From Octopus sinensis (Eukaryota): a stretch of DNA of 64,000 bases. Every line of letters starts with the position of its first letter. The first letter of the stretch is position 1. The DNA is taken from contig NC_042999.1 of NCBI RefSeq assembly GCF_006345805.1, positions 11,718,001 to 11,782,000 on the forward strand. The letters are read 5' to 3'. The position numbers and the translations under genes were made by a program. The notes beneath the pieces were generated by a model. It saw nothing but the letters and a program-made list of their open reading frames with translations, was not told the DNA's origin and searched no databases. Shown here in pieces: positions 1 through 10,905 of the stretch.

Positions 1-612
1 AGAGGCTGCAGTCATACAGGCAACTTCAGAATCGTGACTAACGCCACCTACATCACATGTACTCTCACGTACTCACACAAGCGAGGAAATGATGGAAATT
101 ATAGGACTTTATTGTCACAGACCATTCTTGCAATAACAATGACCATTACAAGACCAAGATCTATAATCCACATTTTGGGATTTTCGGGCCTACACAGGGA
201 AGTTTTATCATGGCATTAGCAGGCTTACATTTTGCTGTAATAGTTCTAGTGTAAAAGATGGCCAAGGACGATTGGTGGTAATCTCTCAGCTTGTGTAGGC
301 CAACAGAAATCCAATCTGTTAGCAATTGTCTTAAAGCTGACCACCACAACTTGATTTTTTTTATCTTCTAATGATGTGGTCATCTACCTGTTATATTTCT
401 GAATTTACCCACAATGCAGCAGAGCAGTGCTGACAGGTCTCACCTAACCCCGACAGCTAAGGAGCTACTCTCTCCCAGATTAGGTAAACAAAAGTGCCTT
501 AAAATGGTCTTACAGTGTGATGGTTGGCTGTCTCAACCATTTTTTGTTTTTGCTGTCTCCTTTCACTCTTTCCACTGAGTCGTCAGTCCAGAATAGGGAT
601 CCATGATTATCT

Positions 613-1151
613 AGACGTGGTTCTCAACTAGGGTCCATATAAGATTTTGGGGGTCCATGTAACAAAATAGTAAATTGGAGATCCACAATAGTATTTTAAG
701 GGACCCTGAAAAATGTTGCTTTAGATGTATTGGTTATGTATTGCAAGAAACAGCCAGGTTTCTTTCCCTAACATTTTACATAATTCAGCCGACACAAGTT
801 AATGTGGGGAAAACAAAACAGGAATTTTGAAAGAAACTTCTAGAAAACTAGTTTTTAACCCTTTCGTTACTGTACTTCTTTTGAGATGCTCTGTGTTTCT
901 CTCAATTATCTTAGATATATCAAAGAATTTAGTAAAATAACTTCATAATCATTAAGCTAGTGTTAAGAACATAAATTGTGACTAAGGTTTGGTGGAAGAT
1001 TTTAATTCAAAACTTATGAAAATATGACATTTGTACTACCGAGCCAGAACCGGTTTCAGCCAGGTTGGTAATGAAAGGGCTGGGGGTCCACCAGAATAAG
1101 GTAGTAATCAAATAGTAATCCCAAAATCTAAAAAATGGTTGAGAACCCCTG
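613..1151. mobile_element. Non-autonomous hAT-like MITE carrying a nested insertion
   Basis: Terminal inverted match gtggttctcaac (left) and gttgagaacccctg (right); no ORF. Confidence 0.55.
859..1079. mobile_element. piggyBac-like MITE nested in the hAT MITE
   Basis: TTAA then ccctttcgttac at left, gtaatgaaaggg at right; related internal sequence recurs near 43.1-44.1 kb, 54.4 kb and 63.4-63.7 kb. Confidence 0.5.
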
Positions 1152-1311
1152 ATCTCGACAGATGTTATAATCCTTTTAATCAGATAGCTTGATAGGGGGG
1201 GGATACTTAGTTGCCACCGACCTGACCAAGTAACGGAGGTCAGGTGGGTAATATGCTACCTGTAGCATTCCAAGCAACCTTACACAAAAATGGGTTCACA
1301 TGCACATTTAT

Positions 1312-1347
<36 letters not shown>

Positions 1348-2257
1348 CTATTTTCTCTTTGAGACCTTTTAAAATAATCTTCTCACTTATCTCATATTAA
1401 TCTATTTTTCATTCTAATCTATTTCAGAAACTCTATTCGTTATTTGCTGACAGCAACATCAACTGGAAAAGAACCAAAGCAGGCCATATTTCTGATGCGT
1501 TTCAACCTTGATAAACAACCACATTCAAACTTGCCAAATCTCACAACTTTGTCAGGAGTCTCAAGATTTTACTCATAATCTCACGAGTCTCACCTTTTCA
1601 AGAACAATTTCTCACCCTTTTTCCACTGACAAACTCCAAAACATATTTATACATCTAAAGACTTTTCACCGTTCCTCGGTGCATTTTTAGCCAACTCGTA
1701 AAAGACCCCTCCTCTACGTGGCAATGGCATCTGCACTTATTATCTTACTGACTCTATGGTTTTGCTATTTATGTTCTTAACTTGACTGATTCCATTATTT
1801 ATGTTCTAACTTTCACTTATATCTACAACACGCATTTGTTCTTTTACAACAAAAAAAAAGAGAGAAAGAAAAAAATATAAATAAAAATTCTTAAGGATAT
1901 TTTATTGCTTTCTGTAGAAGTCATGTGACACCAAATCCCAATTGCGCTAATCCTAATGTTGACTCTTCTAGGAAATTCGAGGGTATCTCCACTACTTTTC
2001 CTAGCTCCAGGTTCGAATTCTCACAGTTTTTTTACTTTTGAGAGTTGGCAAGTTTGTGCTTGGCACAGATCAAACAGTTTTCTTGTGTCAGAAATTTTTT
2101 CTGCAGAACACAAGACTTACATAGAATGTCCTCAAACACCACAGCTCTTATGGTCCATTTGGACACTCGACACTCTTTCGGTGATAGCCTTCATTGATTT
2201 TTTGTTTACATCTTTCAAAACATTTTGAACCTATTGGATGAATTGGCTTGAAAAGAA

Positions 2258-2999
2258 GGATCTTTTCCTTTTGATCGGCAGTTTGTAACATAATTTCTAG
2301 GTAACTAAACACTTTTAAACTTCGTATACTGGTAGAATGTGTTTATAAAACATCATTTTCTCTTGGCTTTATTGAGAAAATTCTATAGTTTGTAAGATAT
2401 TTGGTCTTTAATTTCTTGCATTTCGGCAATTTTAACCAATCGCTGGCGTCCATTTAGGTAAATAACATTCTGTGCATAATGAATATGTCCCTCCTTTAAG
2501 AAACAGATTGGGTTTATTTACATTTGTGAAGAAAAAAGATACCCTTCCCCCACCCCTAACCCTAAATCTAAAATAGATTGAAATGCAATAGATTGATATT
2601 AGGGTTATAATTATGGGTGACAATTTCATACGACACTGCTATAAAAAACAGCGATGTCGTATGATCTGTTGCATTTCAATCTATTTTAGATTTAGGGTTA
2701 GGGGTGGGGGAAGGGTATCTTTTTTCTTCACAAATGTAAATAAACCCAATCTGTTTCTTAAAGGAGGGACATATTCATTATGCACAGAATGTTATTTACC
2801 TAAATGGAGGTAATTGATTGGTTAAAATTGCTGAAATACAAGAAAAAAAATCACAAATATCTTACAAACTATAGAATTTTCTCAATAAAGCCAAGAGAAA
2901 ATGATGTTTTATAAACACATTCTACCAGTATGCGAAGTTTAAAAGTGTTTAGTTACCTATAAATTATGTTACAAACTACCGTTCAAAAGGAAAAGATCC
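2258..2999. mobile_element. Foldback/MITE-like element with about 336-bp inverted arms
   Basis: 2258-2593 is the reverse complement of 2664-2999 apart from one diverged patch; a second hairpin sits at 2626-2664. Confidence 0.75.
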
Positions 3000-3019
3000 G
3001 AAGAGAATAATATACGGAC

Positions 3020-3165
3020 AATTCATCATCATCATTGTTTAACATCCGTTTTCCATGCTGGCATGGGTTGGATGGTTCGACTGGGGTCTGGGAAGCCAGG
3101 AGGCTGCACCAGGCCCCAATCTGATCTGGCAGTGTTTCTACAGCTGGATGCCCTTCCTAACGCCA
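3020..3165 (-). mobile_element. 5'-truncated RTE 3' tail
   Basis: Reverse complement of the tail at 4830-4990, ending in (GAT)n. Confidence 0.75.
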
Positions 3166-3217
3166 ATTAAATGTCCTTAAATATTCCTCACACTTTGGAA
3201 ATATACCATATGCCCAC

Positions 3218-3410
3218 GGGCATATGGCATAGTGGTTCAGAGTGCAGGCTACTAACTCCAAGATTCCGAGTTCGATTCCAGGCAGTGACCTGAATAATAA
3301 TAATAATAATAATAACAATAACAGTAACAACAACATAGAAAAATACCTTAGATATGACAACCCAGGTTTGAAATTTCCCCCAAGACACCTGATGAAGGCT
3401 GGAGGGTATA
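3218..3410 (+). mobile_element. tRNA-derived SINE-like element with a Penelope-type, half-hammerhead tail
   Basis: A box TGGCATAGTGG and B box GAGTTCGATTCC, (TAA)n linker, then gacacCTGATGAaggctggagggtata matching the 5' half of the motif at 27198-27243. Confidence 0.6.
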
Positions 3411-3431
3411 TATTTATATATATATATATGA

Positions 3432-4990
3432 GGAATTCAGGCAATAACAGAGTCCTCCAGGCAATAACAGAGGAATTCAAAACAGGTTGCCCCTGGGAGC
3501 TCCTCTATGCTGATGACCTGGCTCTCATAGCAGAATCACTACTGGAACTAGAAAAGAAATTTCGGGTGTGGAAACAAAGGTTAGAATCAAAGGGCCTTAG
3601 AATAAATGTAGCGAAGACCAAAGTTATAGTAAGCAGAAAGGCGAACTCAGCACACACCCCATTGGGCAGGTGGCCCTGCTCAATCTGTAGGAAAGGTGTA
3701 GGTAGAAACTCCATAAGATGCACCCAGTGTAAGTTATGGACGCATAAGAGGTGCAGCAACATCAAAGGGAAATTAACTGATAAGATAGCTTTCATCTGCG
3801 GCAGATGCACAGGGACAATAGACACCACAAATACTCAGAAAACAGATTCCATCACACTCCAGGGGGAGAAACTAGAAGTAGTTGATAGTTTCCACTACCT
3901 GGGTGACCAAGTTAGTAGTGGAGGTGGATGCTCAGAGAGTGTCACCACTAGAATACGAATAGCCTGGGCAAAGTTTAGAAAGCTCCTACCCCTACTGGCA
4001 ACAAAGGGTCTCTCACTCAGAGTGAAAGGTAGATTGTATGATGCATGTGTGCGAACTGGCATGCTTCACGGCAGTGAAACATGGGCCGTGACTGCAGAGG
4101 ACATGTGTAGACTTGAAAGAAATGAAGCTAGCATGATCCGCTGGATGTGTAATGTCAGTGTGAATGCACGACAGAGTGTAAGCACCCTGAGAGAAATGCT
4201 AGACATAAGAAGCATCAGATGTGGTGTGCAAGAGCAACGCTTGCGATGGTATGGTCATGTACTGCGGATGGATGAGGAGAGATGTGTGAAGAAGTGCCAC
4301 TCCCAAACAGTTGAAGGAATCAGGGGGAGAAGTAGACCCAGGAAGACATGGGATGAGGTAGTCAAGCATGACCTCAGAGCGTTGGGCCTCACTGAGGCAA
4401 TGGCGAAGAACCAAGATCTCTGGAGATGTGCTGTGACTACAAAGACCAGGGACGCTTCCGGCTCCAGTTCCGCATAGCCCCTGCCCATTCAAAGTACCTT
4501 GGATCCCGGAACGTCTCGCTGTGCTTGAGGAGACCTGTTGAGTCAAGTGCATGTACACGAACATCGAAACAAATATCAATGGAAATAGTAGTTGTGATAC
4601 CTGTGTCGGTGGCACATAAAAAGCACCATCCGAACGTGACCGTTGCTAGCGCCGCCTCGACTGGCTTCTATGCCGGTGGCACATAAAAAGCACCATCCGA
4701 ACGTGGCCGATGCCAGCGCCGCCTTGGCTGGCTTCCGTGCCGGTGGCACGTTAAAAGCACCATCCGATCATGGCCGATGCCAGACCCCACCCTGGCACCT
4801 GTGCAGGTGGCACGTAAAAAGTACCCACTACACTCGCGGAGTGGTTGGCGTTAGGAAGGGCATCCAGCTGTAGAAACACTGCCAGATCAGACTGGAGCCT
4901 GGTGCAGCCTTGGCTTCACAGACTCCGGTCGAACCGTCCAACCCATGCTAGCGCGGAAAACGGACATTAAACAATGATGATGATGATGAT
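3432..4990 (+). mobile_element. 5'-truncated RTE-clade LINE with PHD-containing RT, repeat-array 3' UTR and (GAT)n tail
   Basis: GCPWELLYADD, KTKV, FHYLGD, LHGSETW, LRWYGHV and GRSRPRKTW motifs; 3' UTR shared with more than ten fragments in the window. Confidence 0.92.
3452..4477 (+). CDS. Uninterrupted C-terminal part of the RTE ORF (RT domains 5-7, inserted PHD finger, thumb)
   Basis: Open frame VLQAITEEF...SSSA*; the N-terminal part of the listed 411-aa ORF is microsatellite read-through. Confidence 0.85.
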   Translation, partial: VLQAITEEFKTGCPWELLYADDLALIAESLLELEKKFRVWKQRLESKGLRINVAKTKVIVSRKANSAHTPLGRWPCSICRKGVGRNSIRCTQCKLWTHKRCSNIKGKLTDKIAFICGRCTGTIDTTNTQKTDSITLQGEKLEVVDSFHYLGDQVSSGGGCSESVTTRIRIAWAKFRKLLPLLATKGLSLRVKGRLYDACVRTGMLHGSETWAVTAEDMCRLERNEASMIRWMCNVSVNARQSVSTLREMLDIRSIRCGVQEQRLRWYGHVLRMDEERCVKKCHSQTVEGIRGRSRPRKTWDEVVKHDLRALGLTEAMAKNQDLWRCAVTTKTRDASGSSSA

Positions 4991-5014
4991 GATATATATA
5001 TATATATATATATA

Positions 5015-5475
5015 TATGAAAGCATTTGAAGAGGCGAGGATAACGCATGCAAGACTCAAAAGAGATTTAAGGAAGAATGTTCCGATCAAGAAGGTGAATC
5101 ACAATGACCTTTTTGAGTGCACAGTTTGTGACAGACCATGCCTTTCTTTTGCTGGGCTCAAATCTCATTTGCGAACCCATGGAAAACGAGCCTCCACCAA
5201 CTATTCTGCCTATATGTCTGCACATACCTTTCAATGTTGTGTATGCCATAAGGTCTGCAGATCTAACAGAGGCCTCAAAAGACATTTTAAGATCCAAAAA
5301 GATCAGAACTTAACTGCAGCTCTTGCTGGTCCAAATCGGTTATACATTCCATGTGAGTGTCTTTTCAATACACTGTCTGGTTTAAAAAGCCACATCAGAT
5401 GCCATGATGGATCCAAGGTGTAGGTACAAGAGGTGGTCAGACTCTGCATAAGGAGTAAACGACCACCAACCACCA
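5015..5475 (+). mobile_element. 3' end of a second RTE-like LINE family encoding three C2H2-type fingers
   Basis: KAFEEARITHARLKR followed by CTVC..HLRTH, CCVC..HFKIQ and CEC..HIRCH; flanked by TA microsatellites. Confidence 0.65.
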
Positions 5476-5639
5476 TATATATATATATAATATGAGTTGC
5501 TAATTCACAATTTTACAACCCAAAGGCAGAAATATATACGTCTCTAAAGTGAAGAAGAACACTAATCAGTACCAGTATTGCTAGAAATAAGAGTCAAAAC
5601 AACTCAATAGCCAACACACACACACACATGTTTATGTGT

Positions 5640-5850
5640 TTGTGTTTGTCCCCCACACTCCACTGCTTAGCAACTAGTGTTAGTTTGTTTATGTCCCCAT
5701 AACTTAGCGATTCAGCATAAAGAGAACAATAGAATAAGTACCAGAATTTTTTAAAAAAACAAGTCCTGGGGTTGATTTTTTTCAACTAAAAACCCTTCAA
5801 GGTGGTGCCCCAGCATGGCCACTGCCAAATGACTGAAATAAATGATAAAA
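5640..5850 (+). mobile_element. SINE 3' portion, CpG-decayed copy
   Basis: Matches 26095-26285 and the reverse complement of 7540-7770. Confidence 0.7.
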
Positions 5851-7539
5851 GATATATATTTATGCACACACACGTGTGTGTGTGTGTGTGCCTGTGTGTC
5901 TGTGTGTCTACAGTATTTGTGTGTCCTCCTCCTGTTTAAGAGAGTCTAAATATAGACATTTTTATCCCAAATATTTTTCCAAGATGCTTCGAAGTGTCAA
6001 AGCTTTCCATATGTTTCAAACTTGGCCAATTTCAGCAAAAAAACTTTCAAGTGTGTTGACGTGAATGCCACTCCTGCCACTCCTGCCTCTTGCTCTTTTC
6101 TTTCTTTCTTTTCTTAATGACAGAAACGACAACAAGAACCACAATAAATAAGAAAGAAAAAAAAACGAAAATAGACAGAACAAAAATACAAAGAATAACA
6201 GCCAAAAGACAACAACAACAGGAAAAAAAAAGAAAGAAAAAAACAGCAACAATGTAAATGAAAATACGATTAGTCATCACCACCACCACCACCACCATCG
6301 TTGTCATCATCATTGTCATCATCATCAACATCTTTGTCATCATCGTCATTGTTGTAATTCCTTCCTCCTCCTCATCTTCATTATCATCATCATCATAATC
6401 ATTGTTGCCTTAGTATTCCCCCTCCTCCTTCCTGCCATCATCATCATCATCATCATCATCACTTATTGTCTTCTTCATCATAAACAATGTCTCTCTTCTG
6501 CTCCTCAGAAAACCAACACAATTTTCTGCTAAAACCCAAAGAAGGGGCCTCAACAGCATGTAGTTTGATCTGCTAGAAATAACAGTCAGAGTCTGTCAAA
6601 TTGCACTTTACCATCTTAAAATAGGAAGGACACATTATGCAGTGTAGTAGTCACACATGGACAACATAGTCAAGGCTGGTTTATGTTTGATTATAGATTT
6701 ACTGCTAGATCAGGCCTAGCCTAGGGCTAAACAACATCAACTGACCGATGGTGTTGTCAGGCCACAAACACTAACAAAACTATTTAAAAACACTATGCAG
6801 AGTTTCTCAGCACCACCACCACAAACGCTGCTGCCTACGCAGGCACCACCACCACCACAAACAATAACAACAACAACAAACACACTTTTATCAACATTTC
6901 TATCCTGTGGATGAGGCTGAGACAGTCTGCAACTGTTGATAAAGTTGAATTTAGGGACTTTTATTGATCCCAGACAAACTGTAATTGTCTAATACATGCC
7001 GGCTCAACTGGCAACAAATCCTGCCAGAAATATCAGCTAAATCTCACCCAATTTACACACAATCGTATTAAGAATGAGAGGACACATTGGACAACATAAT
7101 CCAAATATCATTAGAATTACCTCCACCCACCACCGCCACCACCACCACTGCCACCACCACCGCACTTATTGTTTTGCTAAAAGAAAGGGTTGTCATTTTT
7201 GGAGAGTCTTCATCTTCAGTTTGCTCAAGCGAAAATGATGGTTAGGGACAACAAAAACAACAATCATAGCCACAATAACGACAACAACAACAGCAGCAAC
7301 AACAACAACAACAACGAAATATTTGTTCTCATCTTACACAATAATGGAAAAAAAAAGGTGGGGTTCCAGGTTGTATATCCTGTTGCCCTTTATCTCTTTC
7401 GGTGGGAGTTTTAAGGAGTGGTGTGGGGGGTCACTGGGTCCCTTTCACTGCTGAGAAATAGTTGCAATGATTTTGTTTTTTAGAAGAGAGTTAAGTCTCT
7501 GGCTGAACTAATTAGAATAGATTAGTTAGCTTACTAATT

Positions 7540-7770
7540 AATTCTTTGGCCTGTTTCAGTCAAATGACTGCTAGTGGCCATGTTGGGGCACCACTTTGAA
7601 GGGTTTTTGCGGATCAAATTCATCCAGGGGCTTTTTTTCCTTTTTTCTATTCTTGTACTTATTCCACCAGACTCTTTGGTTGAATTACAAAGTTATGGGG
7701 ACATAAACAAACCAGCATTGGTTATCAAGTGGTCCTTGGACAAACAAACACAAGGATACCTTCACACACA
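7540..7770 (-). mobile_element. SINE 3' portion
   Basis: Reverse complement of the 5640/26095 family. Confidence 0.65.
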
Positions 7771-7870
7771 GAGATCTGTCTGTCTGTCTGCCTGCCTATT
7801 TGTCTGCCTATCTATCTGTCTGTCTATTTATCTATCTGTCTATCTATCTGTCTATCTATCTCTCTATCTA

Positions 7871-7907
<37 letters not shown>

Positions 7908-8169
7908 ATCTATCTACCTATCTTTCTATCTATCTACATCTGCCTATATATATTCTCTCTTATTGCTCAGAGTTGCTCCATTTTCTGATCTCAGTGTTTT
8001 GTCCAATGCTTATGAGCCTGATTCTATTTCCAGTAATCTTTTTTTACTGAACCAATAAGTCTTAGGAATATAAACAAACCAACTCTGGTTTCAAATGGTG
8101 AAGTCAAACACAAACACAAAGCAGCACGTGCATGCACACACACACATACACCACTCACATATACATATA

Positions 8170-8345
8170 TAAATATATATATACAATGGGCTTCCACCTA
8201 GTTTCCCTCTTCCAAATTCTTCTACAAAGCATTGGTGAACTTGGTGCTATTGTAAACAACACTTTGCTAAGGTTCCACACAGTGGGACTGAACCCCAAAC
8301 CATTTGGTTGCGAAGCAAACTTCTTAACCACACAATCACACCTGC
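8170..8345 (-). mobile_element. tRNA-derived SINE head
   Basis: Reverse complement reads gtggttaagaagtttgcttcgcaacca..ggttcagtcccactg; same family at 35590, 50185 and 60705. Confidence 0.7.
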
Positions 8346-9011
8346 ATTTCCAGTTATGTTGCAAATCAGAAATTACCTCATTAGCAAAAGTTTCAACTTT
8401 GTTAAGCTTTTCTCGTTTCAGTCTCTTAGATATTTAATCCATGTCTCTATCGTTTGGCAATCAAGAGTGCCTCTCGGCTGACTGGCTTCTTTGTATGCAG
8501 AACAGGAGGAAGACAAAACAATGTTCCAATGATATAGAATCCATGTCTTATAAAAGCATTAGCAGAGTCTCAACACATGTCAGCCAGTTCACAAAAGTCC
8601 AAAAGTTTGGAATCTCTTCAACTTACAGTCATGCCATCACTTTGAACAAAAGGAATATAAACAGAGACATTAAAAAATGTTGTCTTGCAGTACAAGATGA
8701 CAATGTTGCAAGGAATAAAAATTAGTTTTGTAGTTGAATCATGTGATAAAAGTCTTTATAATTAAAAGAAGTTGAAAACCACATTTTGATGAAAAATATA
8801 TCAAAATTGGAAATTTTAAGAAATTTCTAGATAGTGTAGACTTTAATAATTGTTTTCTTTTAGTAAAAGTTGCACACTTAAAACTAATTAATAAGCACTT
8901 TCCTTAATTATAGTTTGGATGTATATAATAAAAATCAGAATGTAGGTTGGTATATAAGATGAAGAAAACAAAAGTGCAATTCAGTTTTTGAGAGGCGAGG
9001 ACAGGCGTTTA

Positions 9012-9062
9012 CTACTCAGGTCCAAACAGATGTATGCAGCATTTCAGTGGCACTTTCTTAAA
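9012..9062 (-). CDS. Candidate terminal exon FKKVPLKCCIHLFGPE*
   Basis: Long pyrimidine tract ending cacacag; phase 0 matches the upstream candidate at 9336-9470. Confidence 0.3.
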   Translation of the reverse strand, partial: FKKVPLKCCIHLFGPE

Positions 9063-9335
9063 CTGTGTGGAGCGCATGATGAGGGGATGAGCAAAAACAG
9101 AAAAAATACACAAGAATAACTGGGTTGGAACAAAATTATGTAGGACAGACTAAGAAGTGGTTGTTCTTTTACCTCCCTCATCCCCCTGCTTTTTTTTTTA
9201 TTTTGTAGAATGCGGTTAATAAAGGGACCAAAGACATAATAGAGAGAAAAATGTTAATTATGAAATCCGAACGATAAAGAAAATAGTGAAATGGTTTTTA
9301 TGATGGTTGCTGCTTAGTTCTTAAAATAACTTTAC

Positions 9336-9470
9336 AGGAACTGACTGTCTACAGATATTTCCAATATCAACCGGTTCTTTATTTGAAGGCTTTCCTTTAT
9401 TTCCTGAGGAAGTCAAGAAAGGAAACTTCACCCCTTCAACGATGAGCAAACTACTTTTATTGGAGACATT
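9336..9470 (-). CDS. Candidate exon NVSNKSSLLIVEGVKFPFLTSSGNKGKPSNKEPVDIGNICRQSVP
   Basis: 135 nt, phase 0-0, tttaaag/gtaaag sites; the antisense frame is also open with a plus-strand acceptor, so strand is ambiguous. Confidence 0.3.
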
Positions 9471-10085
9471 CTTTAAATGTAGAGTATTTGTTGAAACAAA
9501 CACATACACACATGTATAGAAAAAGTATACACACACACACAACTTTAACCTTTACTTCATCATGAAAACCTCTCACATTAAAATTTTCAAATTTGTTTGT
9601 TCTAGAAAAAAATGAAAAAATTTAATTGGATTGTTTTTCTTTATCTATTAATTAATTTTGCAGCTGGTAGCATCAAAGTTTTTTTAATGACTTAATCAGA
9701 TGAGAAAAGACAACTCCTACAACCAATTTTGGGGTAAGAACTGAGACTGATAGGGTAAAATAAACCAGAAACTTAGATCAAAGGTCTTCAACTAAATGGA
9801 CTGAGTTGTAGACAACCAAGCTCTAACTAGTGGCGTTAAACTGGGTGATGGATGAAGACCAACACTTCCAAAACAAGCAGAATCCATTTAACAGACTTCA
9901 TTGGCTTGGTTTTCATCCACCCAATTTCTCTCATAAGATTAAGGTCCAAGACTAAGGTCCAAAAGTGCTGTGCAGTGTGATTGAACTCAAAACTACATAG
10001 TTTAGAAATGAATGGTTTGCCCACATGGTCATTGCTGTACTCAACAAAAATATCAAATCTTCCCATGGAACTCAAACCATGTATG

Positions 10086-10134
<49 letters not shown>

Positions 10135-10157
10135 AAGGTGAATGAATTATCCTAAGT

Positions 10158-10253
10158 TCCTTGTCTTTCCTGATGAGATGCCGGCATAATGCACCCTTTA
10201 TTCCTTCGGAATTAGGAATATGCAGCCTTCGAAACATGTGTCGAGAGTAAAGG
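10158..10253 (+). ncRNA. Type I hammerhead ribozyme-like motif
   Basis: CTGATGA at 10170-10176, GAAA at 10231, ACATGT palindrome, GTC cleavage triplet, partially paired stems I and II. Confidence 0.6.
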
Positions 10254-10292
10254 AATTTTGCTAAAATCGTCGTTTGACTCCATTCTTTCATT

Positions 10293-10319
<27 letters not shown>

Positions 10320-10324
<5 letters not shown>

Positions 10325-10520
10325 GGAAAATTCACGAAAAAAACAAAAGACGAAGACAGGTGGAGTACAAAACAAACAGATGTATTAGCATAATGCTCAG
10401 GAATTGAAAAGTCTTTTACGTTTCAAGCCTACGCTCTTCTACAGAAAGGGTCACAGAAAGGAACTCAGAAAGGAACACAGAAAGAAACAAGGAGAGAAAA
10501 AAAATGTGTAGTGGCTAACG
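10320..10520 (-). mobile_element. Penelope-type terminal fragment with degenerate hammerhead (10411-10448)
   Basis: Minus strand ctttCTGTAGAagagcgtaggcttGAAAcgtaaaag. Confidence 0.45.
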
Positions 10521-10619
10521 ACCTATCATATATATATATATATTATATATATATATACTCTGCTCTCTAAATGATTGCTGTACCAAATTCACCAAAGAGA
10601 AATGGTAGCTGCCAATATC

Positions 10620-10905
10620 AATATCAAAAGGTACTGAGCCAGAAGTCAATCGATTTGTTCTGACTGGTTGGTCACATTCTCTGTCTCGACAATCAATGGC
10701 ACTTGAAGACAGACATAACTTGGGTACCAACTGACATCAGGCATCAAAGGAAGAGGCTGAAGATCCCTCAGGAGAGACCATTTCAAAAGGATCAGAAGAC
10801 AGTCAATATTACATGGAATGGATGTGCAAGTGATGTAAGTGACAGAATGGCTTGGAAGCAGCTTGCCACCAAATGTTCTGAGCAACAGAGGAAGACCTAC
10901 AGCTA
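10620..10905 (+). mobile_element. Decayed RTE-like LINE 3' end
   Basis: WVPTD..KR..ERP and NITW...SDRMAWKQLATKC resemble RTE C-termini. Confidence 0.5.

Noticed and set aside
1-420. Short ORFs on both strands
   Set aside because: No consistent splice or phase support; broken KDDWW-SLC-like text suggests a decayed LINE linker
2550-2710. TAACCC/GGGTTA telomere-like motifs
   Set aside because: Only one or two units, inside a foldback element; not an interstitial telomere array
3218-3290. Functional tRNA gene
   Set aside because: Acceptor and T stems do not pair; it continues into a repeat body
4601-4830. CRISPR-like repeat-spacer array
   Set aside because: Eukaryotic LINE 3' UTR; linkers are homologous to each other; no cas genes
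8377-8725. Exon or 94-aa ORF
   Set aside because: Good-looking splice sites but stops in all joined frames; KLLDFCEL resembles a LINE endonuclease remnant
9836-10075. 79-aa minus-strand ORF
   Set aside because: No convincing splice sites or recognisable motif
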